Positions 53,723 to 64,000 of a DNA stretch of 64,000 bases are shown piece after piece. The translations under genes and the position numbers were made by a program. The notes beneath the pieces were generated by a model. The model saw only the letters and a program-made list of their open reading frames with translations. It had not been told where the DNA came from and ran no database searches. The stretch's first letter is position 1. The number at the start of each line of letters is the position of its first letter. Source of the DNA: Azolla caroliniana (Eukaryota > Plantae > Polypodiophyta); contig JBHGNT010000020.1 of NCBI GenBank assembly GCA_043228905.1, positions 2,232,001 to 2,296,000 of the forward strand. The letters are read 5' to 3'.

Positions 53723-54117
53723 CATGTAATATATAATTTTATACTTTCTTCTATTTACAAATATGTCTCTTCATCTGGTGAGAGACTCTCACCGGCCTTC
53801 TTCATCCGACTCTTGCCGGTTCTGCTTCATCCGGTTCTCACCGGTTTTGTTTATCCGGTTCTTACCGGATCCTTCTTACTGGTCCTCTTCGTCCGTTTCT
53901 CAGCGACTCTCACCGGCCTTCTTCATCCGGCTCTTGCCGGTCTCCTTACCGGTTTCGGTCCTCACTGGTTCTTCCTTCCGGTTCTCACTGGGTACTCCAT
54001 ATCCTATCCGGAGAAACCAAAAATGTAATTTTCCACGTAGTGTGCAAATTACACTACGACACTCGCCCCCTCCAAACCCGCACATCCTCTGGTATGTGCC
54101 GAAGTCCCCGATGCCTT

Positions 54118-57100
54118 CTATTCACCTTCATCCGAAGCTTCCCCCAATTCTCCCCTTAAGTCGACTATGAGTTGTAATCCACTTTCCTCGCTCTCCACAT
54201 CACCGCGATCTTCGTCCGATTGCTCCTTCTTGTCGGTCTTGTCTAGGATCACATAGGGTTCTTCTTTAGTCCGCTTCTTGAAAATCTTCACCCGTTTCCC
54301 GGCTATAGGCACTCGTAGCGTCGTTCCATTCAACTCGCATAGTTGGTAAGTTCCGTTATCGAAAACTTTCCGATCCTCATATGGCCCGAACCACCTTTTT
54401 GCGAACTTCCGCATCGTTGTATGTTGATGATCCAAACTACTGTCGTAGACAATCACCCAATCTCCTTCTTCAATCTTCCGCGGTCGTAGTCGGTGCTTTG
54501 TGTCAAACCGGCTTTTATTCCGGAATCGCGCTTCTTGTTGTCGGCATATTGCTTCCGCTATGTCTTCCGGTCTTCCCTCCAGTTGTCGTATTCGGACCGC
54601 TAGTAGTTCTTCCCGGCTCATTTCTTCCTTCCATTGTAGCATTGTTCATGTCGCGATTGCGGTTTCCGTCGGCATTACCGGTGCTTTTCCGGTCATAAGT
54701 TCTGCCGGCATGTAACCGGTTACGGAGCTATGCGTCGTCCGATCCGCCCATAGTGCATACGGAAGCATCTGCGGCCATTCCTTCACCCTTCCATTGCATG
54801 CCTTCGCAAATGCTTTGACAATCGGACTATGTCCTCGTTCGATCTTCCCGTTGGCTTCCGGATTGTATGCCGTTGTCAGTGTTAACCGAACTCCATGTTT
54901 AGTGAAGAATTCCTTAGCTTTATCAGAGTCGAGTTCTCCCCGGTCCGCAATCACTTGTCCTACGCACCCGTACTTGCAAAACACTTCTTCCAAAAGGAAT
55001 TGGCATACCGTAGAACACGTTTTCCTCCGTAGTGCCCGACCTTCTACTTGGTTTGTGAGATCTTTCCGAGCTAACACCAAGTACTTCTTTTGTCCGATCC
55101 CGGCATATGTGCTCTGAAGCAAAGTAGTCTTCGGAAACTTCTTCATTATCGGATTTGGTTATGTCATCTCCGAACCGCGCCCTTGATAGCATATCCCCTA
55201 CAACGTTGTCTTTTCCGGAGATCTGTCTTACCTCCGGATTAAGTGACTTAACATATGCAATCCATCTTAGCATAGCCACATCCGGTATCGTGCAACACCG
55301 TATCATCCCGAGTATCGGAAGACAATCCGTTTCGATCACTACTTCAGCTTCGATCAAATAATCTCGATCCGATTTGATTGCCGACACGACTCCCCATAAT
55401 TCTCTTTTAACTTGTGCATATCTGTGTTGCCTTTCGTTGAGAACCTTTGTTCCGAATCGGATCGGATATCGCGAACTTTTCGGATCGGCTTGATTGATGA
55501 CCATCCGATTCCGGTTGGACTTGTGTCAACCGTTACTATGATCGGTTGGTCATAGTTCGGCTTCTTTAGTGCTTCTGCCCTCCGTAGTGATTTCTTGAGC
55601 TTCTTCACAGCTTTGGTATGCTCCGGTTTCCATTCAAACTTCTTACCCTTCCGCAACAAGTGATAGAGTGGGTCCGCTATATGTGCATAGTGCGGAATCC
55701 ATATGTGGTAGAATGCACATGCTCCAAGAAACCTTCGAACTTCGGATTGTGACTCACATACTTCTTTCATACCTTGAATCGCATCGATTCTTGATTGGTG
55801 ACGGTCTTCGGCCATAGGGCCCACATAGATGTCCGACTACCAATATTTCTTCTTGTCCGAATGCCAATTTCTCTCCAGAAAGTGTTAGATGCACATCTTC
55901 TAACTTCCATAACACTTTCTCACAATCACGGATATGGTTGACTACAAACCTTCGGCATCCCCGTTCATCCATAACTTCATCTTTTTCTTCCACCGCACAC
56001 CCTTTCATCGGAATGTCATCTAGGAACGACATCGTTATCTTCGGTATACAATCCCGGAGCACCTTGTTCATCGCATTCATCATATGTGCGACTGAGTTCA
56101 TCGCCCCTTGTGGTAGCGTACACATCTGGACTAATCCTATCGGTGTCCGCATGGTAGTGATGTCTCAGCTCTTCACAACTAGTTGGAATTGGTCATATCC
56201 AGAGTATAGGTCTCCGATGGAGTATATCGTGCGACCGGCAAATGCTTCCGCAAATTCGTCCACTATTGGACCGACTCCGGAGTTCCGGATCGTGACCTTG
56301 TTCACCGGTTGTAAGTCTTGAATAAATCGGAGTGACCGTTTCTTCTTCGGAACTGTAAACCATCGATTTGAGTATGGAGCATTTGATGGCTCTAGAATCC
56401 CCATCACCACATTCTCCTTGAGTAAGTCGATGATTTTCGGAATATGCGCCTGTGGCACCGGAATCGGCTTCAGGTTCCATGGCACATGGTTAATCGTGAA
56501 GATCACCATCGGCTCCACTATCTTCGGGTCAACGCATCCTATTTCTTTCGATGTAAATGCAAATGCTCTCCCATGTCGCTCTAGCATCCCACGGAATCGT
56601 TCTTCTTCATTCTTTAATAGGAACCCACCTCCACCGATCCGAAGTTTCTTCCGGGTCTCATCCGTGAAGGCATGTCCGATATCCATGGACTTCCGAAGTG
56701 TCGGATCCCCCAAGACTTCTTTCCTCTTTTGTTCGCTATTTGTGGGTAACTGTCCCGCGACCGGTTTCACTTTCTTCTCCACGGTCTTGTATTTCGTACT
56801 TACCATTGCTTCTTCTTTGCGGAGCGCATCCGGCCCCATTTTCACAATGATCTCGTACATCTCGACCGACTCCACCGGAATTACCCGGTTTCCCTGGCTT
56901 GTATCTTCCGTGAGCTCTTCAAGCCGTTGTAGTGTGCTCCCATAGAACACCTCTTCGACTATTCCCACGATTTCTTCATCTTCTTTTATTATTGATGCCG
57001 ACCGTAACTTATCCTCCACTTTTCGGTATTCTTTCTTTATTCCTCCGGTTACGCCCGTGTACGTGGATGCCCCATCCGGACCAATTCGTACTTGTTTTGC

Positions 57101-59216
57101 ACCGAGAGGTTTCTTCCTATGTGGGGTATCAGGGCTTCTCAGACTATCACTTCCCCACTCCGCAACAGTCCGCTCTAAAACTCCATTCTTGTTTGGGACA
57201 AGAGCTCTCTCTTGTTCCTTTCATGATTTGCCAGCACCGTTAGGAATTGGACGGATTTCCCTCCGTTTTGGCTCCGAATTCGTGCAAAAGCCGCACCGCT
57301 ATCGAGCACCTTCGTCTCCATCCGTGATGCCGTGATAAAAGGTTGCCCAAGGATCACGGAGTGTGAGACCTCATCTTGTACGAAGAAATTTTGGTCGATC
57401 TTGACATCCCCGATCTTCACCGTCACATCCGGACAAGCCACAAATAGATCTTCTGTTGCTTTAGTGGCCGCCCGGATCTTCCACCCATGATTCATGTTAA
57501 TAGGCCACTTACCCTTCTGGTAGAATTCCTTGGACATCAAGTTGATCTCCGATCCATGATCAATCAATGCTAGCACGGGTTCTTTGATGTTACCGATTCG
57601 GACCAGAGTCTCCGTAGTTGTGCGTGCCCAGTGTGGCTTTGTGTAGTGAGAATTCGGTATTTCGTCTTCCAATTCGGTGTCATTCATTAGAATGGTATTT
57701 GCATTCACCCTTGGAGTGTCCTCCTCCGTACTTTGCCTTTTTCTCTTCACGAGATCCACAAGAAGATCGTGGATCTCCTTCTTTGCTATTCCGAGTAATT
57801 CTCGAAGCGAAAAATCTACCTGGCTATCGAGGATTCTCTCCTCGAACACCTTTTTCAAGTCCGTTTGTTGTTCAATGTCTGAGGCAAGCTTGAATGCCGG
57901 AATCATCTTTTCTTTTCCCTTACCTCCAGAGTTCCAGCTTTCCGGTGTCTTCGATGGACCAGCTGCCTCATCCGTGCGCCGTTTCTTCTCATCTACATAC
58001 ACTTCATGCAATTGGCATAAAACAAACACGCTATTCTTATCGACGGGGCACTCCCTTCCCGTAGCTTCCCGGATGCCTTCCGCAGTGTTTCAGATCTCGT
58101 TAGAGTCAGTTTTCTCAGTGTTTTCTAGCACTTCCGGCCAAAAAGACACCTTTGCTCCCGATGACTCCCCGACACGTATTCCCGCGGTTGTCGCGTAATC
58201 GTTCTTCGCCGCTATTTCCTCCTCTAGGACCTTCTTCATGCCGCCTTTTCGGAAGTTCGGTCGGAGCGGCTTCCGAGAGTTTATCGAATGAATCTGATTT
58301 CCCTCGTAGTAGATAAGATCCTGTCGTAGCGCTTCCTTGTGCTGATCGCAATCCCTCCGATCATGTTCGGTGCTATCGCACCATGTATCGACGGTCCATA
58401 TACTTGGAACTTGTGGGATGGTCATCCAACTTCTTCACCATCGCGATTTTTAGATTCTCCATCTCCTTCAGCAACTGCTCCACCATAGTTGCGTCGATTC
58501 CCTTCTTAGTCGTAGCTTCCTGAGCCCGCGGTTGATGGTCTTCTGATCCGGATCTCGGTTTCGGAATCGGTTCCGAAACCCTCTTTTCTTCGTTGGCAAG
58601 CCATTGCCCCCTCTTTCTGTATCGCGCGATGATATCCCGCACGCTTTCCCATGTTTTGGTGAGGCCGCTCTCGGTAGTCGTGTCCTCTAGAAGCACTCCA
58701 AGATCCTTCCAGTCCCGGACGTCTACGGCTCGTAAGAACATGATAACTTTGTCCGGTGCGAGGATAGCTTGATCTATCGCAGACAACCTCCCGAACCGAC
58801 TTTCGAATGCCGAAAACACATCGAGGACCTTCATCCCCTTGTCCGGCGTTTCTACCCAATCCTCGAATCCTCTCCACGTTGCCTTGGAGGAGTCCTCGAT
58901 AGCGAATGTGGTCTTTAGCACCTCTTCAAACTCGTCCCATGTCGGATTTTGTTGTCGTAACCTGTGGATACTTGCTTGAAGCCCATCGGTAGCCACCCGG
59001 TTGAAAGATGCCACTTGCAGTCCTTCCGAAATCCCGCACTGTAGCATTTCCGCCTTGTAGTCCCAAAGATAGTGTGATACGTCCTTTCCAGTGAATTTCC
59101 TGATCCGTTGCACGAGCCGCTCTACTGCCGCAGCTATCTCCGACATCGCATGTTGTTCCTGAAGCATCCGCTCGAACATCATCATCATGTTGTTAGCCTC
59201 CAGTTGATTTTCCATC
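54118..59216 (-). pseudogene. gag-pol of J: gag, protease (LIDHGSEIN), RT (DLYSGYDQ, LPQG, FLDD), RNase H (VDTS, ETDC), integrase (IADRGE, NGKIERGH, WFGPY)
   Basis: ORF pieces at 58373-59284, 57175-58029, 56165-57019, 55754-56152, 55354-55824, 54923-55504, 54646-55146 and 54118-54642. There are several stops and frameshifts, and a deletion of the INT N-terminus near 55105. Confidence 0.9.
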
Positions 59217-59231
59217 TCCTTGCCACCCGTG

Positions 59232-59249
59232 TTCACGTCGAGTTCACCA
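59232..59249 (-). promoter_or_regulatory. Primer-binding site complementary to tRNA-Trp
   Basis: Plus strand TTCACGTCGAGTTCACCA compares with the plant tRNA-Trp 3' end as I recall it, TTCACGTCGGGTTCACCA (17/18). It lies 4 nt from the 5' LTR. Confidence 0.8.
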
Positions 59250-61929
59250 CTTGTGTCGTGCCTTTCAGCTCCGGATCGTTGCATGAGTCGGGTGGGAACC
59301 GTTGGGGTTTTGGACTAGGAGGAAAGAAAATTCTAAGGCAATTAAGAATATGAAATATATTATAAGAAAGAAAGATATGAAAAACTCGTGAATCCCACGA
59401 GTATAGTGTATTAGTGAGTACTCAAATTAAGAGAGAAAAATAGTTAGCAAACTCGTGGATCCCACGATTATATTATATTAATCAACCCTTGTAAAATAAT
59501 CAACAACCTCTATACATCTTTCTCTCTTCCTTATATAGTGTTGGAAGAGTCTAAGTTTATCACATGCAAGCATCATGCTTTTCCTATCTCATCTTTTCTT
59601 TTAACTCGAGTGTCTATGCATGAATAACTTTTTGTACCATGCATGTCTAGAATATTTACATGGGATAATCTTTAAAATTCATAATACGCTAGTATAATGA
59701 TAAGGCTTAACATTATTAACATGGAGGTGCAAGGTTCGATTCTTGCCCTATGCATGTAATATATAATTCTATACTTTCTTCTATTTACAAATATGTCTCT
59801 TCATCTGGTGAGAGACTCTCACCGGCCTTCTTCATCCGGCTCTTGCCGGTTCTGCTTCATCCGTTCTCGCCGGTTTTCTTTATCCGGTTCTTACCGGATC
59901 CTTCTTACCGGTCCTCTTCGTCCGTTTCTCAGTGACTCTCACCGGCCTTCTTCATTCGGCTCTTGCTGGTCTCCTTACCGGTTTCGGTCCTCACCGGTTC
60001 TTCCTTCCGGTTCTCACTGGGTACTCCATATCCTATCCGGAGAAACCAAAAATGTAATTTTCCACGTAGTGTGCAAATTACACTACGACAACGTAGTGTT
60101 GGATTTATGTATCTTCTTTCTCTCTACCTTCCATCATGATTATTCATTATCAATAGATCTTTGTGGTTTTGGATCTATATATCTTCCTTATCTCTTCTTT
60201 CTATCATCTCTACTTCCTCACCATGCAGGACGAGATGGATTCCCTGCATGAGAACCACACATACGAATTGGTGGAGTTGCCAAAAGGAAAGAGGGCACTC
60301 CGGACCAAGTGGGTGTACAAGCTGAAACCGGGAGACACCGGAAATCCACCAAGGTATAAGGCCCCCAAATCATGGTGAAGGGCTTCTAGAAGAAGAAAGG
60401 AGTGGACTTCGATAAGATCTTTGTCCTGGTAGTAAAGATGACATCCATCCGGACGCGGCAAGCATGGACCTAGAGGTAGAGCAATTGGACGTCAAGACGG
60501 CATTTTTACACGGAGACCTCGAAGAAGAGATCTACATGCATCAACTGGAAGGATTTGAGAAGGAAGGGAAGGAGCACTTGGTGTGCCAGCTGAAGAAGAG
60601 CTTATACGGACTGAAGCAAGCTCCCCGGCAATGGTACCGAAAGTTTGACTCCTTCATGACTGATCAACGGTACCACAAGACGCAGGCTGATCACTGTGTG
60701 TTTGTGAAGAAATTTGATGGAAGAGATTTCTTGATATTGCTCCTGTACATAGACGACATGTTAATCGTCGGACGAGACCAAGTCAAGATACAAATGTTGA
60801 AGAAGGCCCTTAACCAGACCTTCTCAATGAAAGACTTGGGTCCGGCAAGACAGATACTGGGGATGCACATCATCCGGGATTGGTCAAAGAAGCACTTGTG
60901 GCTGTCACTGGAAAAGTATGTGACAAAGGTGCTTCAGCAGTTTAACATGTCAGAAGCAAAACCGGTCGGATCGACACTCCCAGCAAACTGTAGATTATCC
61001 GGTAAGCAAAGGCCGAAGACAAAGGCAGAGAAGGCGGATATGATGAAGATTCCCTATGCCTCTACGGTCGGGATCTTGATGTACGCAATGGTGTGTACTC
61101 AACTGGATATTGGATACGTAGTCGGAGTGGTGAGTCGGTTCATGACCAACCCCGGAAAAGAGCACTGGAATGCGGTAAAATGGATACTCCGGTACTTGAA
61201 GGGCACTTCGAGTATGTGCCTCCGATTTGGCTCCGGTAAACCCCTCATGGAAGGATTTACTGATTCGGATATGTCGGCTCATGTGGACACCAACCGGTCA
61301 ACTTCCGGATATGTCATGACCTATGCAGGGGGAGCCATTTCGTGGCAATCGGGGCTGCAGAAGACGGTTGCGTTGTCAACCATGGAGGCGGAGTACATGG
61401 CAGTCATGGAAGCCGGTAATGAAATATTATGGATGAAGGACTTCATCGAAGAGCTAGGCATCCGACAAGAGGAATACCGACTCTACTGTGACAGTCAAAG
61501 TGCCATCCACCTTGCAAAGAATGCGGCATACCATTCGAGAACGAAGCACATCCAACGTAAATACCACTGAATCCGGGAGCGAGTTGAAGACCGAGAGTTC
61601 GTGCTGACGAAGATCCACATGGAGGAGAACGGGCTGGATATGCTGACGAAGGTGCTGACACCCAACAAGTTGGATGCATGCTAGAAGCGGATCGGACTTT
61701 CAAGACATCCCATACCGGAGTGAAGGGGGAGATTGTTGGGAAATCGGTCTCTCCGGATGGGATCAGGTGATGAATAAAGAGGACCCGGTGAGAACCGGAA
61801 GAGAAGACAAATTTGTAAATATGTCTTGAATAAGCCCATTGAGGCTATATTTGTAAATATCCCTAAGTTCATATAACTATAAATATGACTTAGGGCAATC
61901 ACTTTATGTGAGTGTTGTTGTCATATTGC

Positions 61930-62001
61930 TTGTTCTCCAAAAATGCTCGCATCTCTTCCTCCATGGCTTTCCGCCAATTGGCGTCTTGCGCCGCTTTTGC
62001 A
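61930..62001 (-). other. ~70-bp inverted filler derived from an E-like copia RT, inside M 3' LTR
   Basis: Reverse complement reads AKAAQDANWRKAMEEEMRAFLEN, compared with E AEAAKDANWRAAMEEEMRALAEN at ~28384. It is absent from the M 5' LTR (~44378). Confidence 0.85.
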
Positions 62002-62021
62002 TTGTAACTGTTCTATAGAGA

Positions 62022-64000
62022 GAATTAGAATTAGAATTAGAATTTTTATCGTCCATAAAGAGGCCAATTTTGACCTATGGGACTAGAGTATACATGTGTT
62101 CTTGATATATGTCTCCTTCCTAAGAAGGGGTATTCATATGTTGAAGCACAAAGTCTCTATGTGTTAATAAAGCATACACTTATGAGCTCAACCTTCTAGG
62201 TGGTGTCTTAAGTATGGATATTAAGTTATCACTCCCTCTTAGTATGTCAACATATCTTGAACGAATTGCACTATATGTCGAGCATGTGAAGAGCAAGTGA
62301 CATTCATCCTCTACCATGCCTTCATTGCATACTTTACATGTCTTCAAATTCATTACATTTTGATACCATGATGCAACTTCAATACCTAACTTGTGAGATC
62401 GAGTGCGAACTAGTGTAAGGGCTCTACGAACATTGCTACTCATATTGGTAATGAGATAAGGTTGGATACGATCAATAGACATTCTTGCTTTATATTGAGA
62501 CCAACATTCAAGGTTGATATTTGCAATATAGTATTCTAGCTTTGTCCTCTTAACATCCTCCCACTTCATCCTTAATGATTCCACCAACCTTTCCTCAATC
62601 ATTACATATTGCATAGCATTGCCTGAAAGCTCTAAAAGATGATCCGCACCCCATCTTCTAAACCATTTCTTTATGTCAACAACCCAACCAGATGAGAGAA
62701 TCTTACTTTTATGATTCTTTTGTTGCTTACATCCAACATTCCAAGAAAGATGTGGTAATCGATGATTCGGCATATTCTTGACTTTTGTAATGTATTTATA
62801 TACTTTCGCCAATAGTTCTATGGATCGAACACCCGTTTCCAAGAGCATAACTTGGTAAGAGGTAGTGCATTTAACTCCTAATTGCCTCCTTAAAAACATC
62901 TTTTGAATTTTCTCAATCTCGTTCCATGCATTAAGAGAGATGGTGTCACCCCATACTTCTACTCCATAAATCAATACTTGAGTTACCATGGCATTGAACA
63001 ACATTAATTTTACTTCCCATCCTCAAGTATCACTTTGGTTGCATTGGTTCTCCAAAAGGTAATATGATTTCCAACCGGCTTGGAGTCTAGAATCAAAGCA
63101 TGCTCTCCATTTATTTGTGGCGGGTACATCAATACCAAGATATTTAAAGCTTTTAACAAATTGTATATGTTCACCTTTATATGTGAGCATAGGGTAATGA
63201 TGAGGTTGGATGGTTTGCACTACCATCATTTTTGTTTTCTCCACATTCACTGCTAGTCCACTACTATGGCAAAATTCTTCTAATACCCCAAGTAAATGTT
63301 GCATACTATCAACATCATATGAGAAGAGTACCACATCATCTGCATATAGAAGCAATAAGATAACATGTTGCATCAAATTGGAGCCATTCCATCCTTCTTC
63401 TCTTGCAACCTTATTCACCACTTCTTCTAATTTATCAATACATAAGCCAAAGAGTGTGGGTGATAGTGGACATTCTTGCTTGATCCCCATGTTACTTAAA
63501 AAGCTCTTTGAGAATCCACTATCCATTTTTAGTTGGCATTTAACTTGTTCATATAGGCGTGCAACCACAACTCGGTACTCTAATGACATGTCAATGTCTA
63601 CCATTCTATTCCGAAGCTCACTTTGTGGTACGGTATCAAAAGCTTTCTTGAAATCAACAAAACAACAATAAAGTGTTTTTCCTTGTAGTCGACTATCTTC
63701 CATGATTACTCTTAATGTGACCAAATGATCCACGGTGGAGTGTTTTCGTCTAAATCTGACTTGCCCAAGTGCTCTTTTGCTTGTACTCTCAGCCCATGTA
63801 CTTATCTTTACCTCCATAATAGTACTATATAATTTAGCAATAGTTGAGCTCACCATTATTGTACGATAATTTGCTACTTGATTCTTATCTCTGCCTTTAA
63901 ATATTGGTTTAATCCAATTCATAAGCCAATCATTTGGAAATCCTTGTTTTATAGCTTGCTCTAAAATTGTCATTATTCAATGACGAGTGTGTGGCATTGT
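62022..64000 (-). mobile_element. LINE (RTE-X/RTE-group-like) 3' part: RT, C-terminal CCHC, (TTCTAA)n tail
   Basis: ORF 63023-63973 has FVDFKKAFD, GIKQECPLSP, LLYADD and FKYLG. ORF 62180-63004 has RSHKLGIE and CKVC..EDECHLLFTC. The tail is at 62022-62043. Confidence 0.9.

Larger units (their letters stand above)
53180..60090 (-). mobile_element. Near-complete Ty3/gypsy element J (fungus-like pol, 4-bp ACGT TSD, tRNA-Trp PBS)
   Basis: LTRs at 59254-60090 (5') and 53180-54061 (3') are highly similar. TSD ACGT at 53176-53179 and 60091-60094. PBS at 59232-59249. PPT (minus strand GGAGGGGGCGAG) at 54062-54073. Confidence 0.95.
52699..60220 (+). mobile_element. Solo LTR I (~600 bp) split by gypsy J
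   Basis: TGTGA...CCTCA ends. TSD CCATG at 52694-52698 and 60221-60225. Removal restores host WLSAMQDEMDS. Confidence 0.85.
44128..62022 (+). mobile_element. Ty1/copia element M (C/G-related), host of N, P, I/J and the LINE
   Basis: 5' LTR 44128-44683 plus 49085-49099, PBS TGATATCAGAGC at 49103-49114. Gag-PR-INT 49130-52698 and RT-RH 60226-61730. The PPT is followed by a matching 3' LTR from 61734 that is cut by the LINE. Confidence 0.88.

Noticed and set aside
60063-60099. 10-nt identity (CACGTAGTGT) between the J terminal hairpin and its target site, suggesting guided targeting
   Set aside because: No comparable LTR-target match is visible for the other four insertions, so it is probably chance on top of the ACGT core.

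Overview
This window is gene-free plant heterochromatin, most likely from a non-seed plant (inferred from Tcn1-like, fungus-like gypsy and RTE-X-like elements). It consists almost entirely of nested, decayed transposons: about 8 Ty1/copia elements or remnants, 3 Ty3/gypsy elements, about 8 solo LTRs, 2 hAT-type MITEs and 1 LINE. I found no host gene. Most boundaries could be fixed by reading TG..CA ends, target-site duplications (TSD), primer-binding sites (PBS) and polypurine tracts (PPT) directly. The standout is a gypsy lineage with one near-complete element (53180-60090) and four solo LTRs, four LTR families in all. All five insertions made a 4-bp TSD at ACGT (or ATGT) and share a U5 motif. 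The full element has a tRNA-Trp PBS and a fungus-like pol. Two of the families carry a tRNA-like Pol III cassette inside the LTR, and the full element's U3 contains a module shared with the local copia LTRs. Family and clade names come from motif recognition, not database searches. Divergence statements are by eye.
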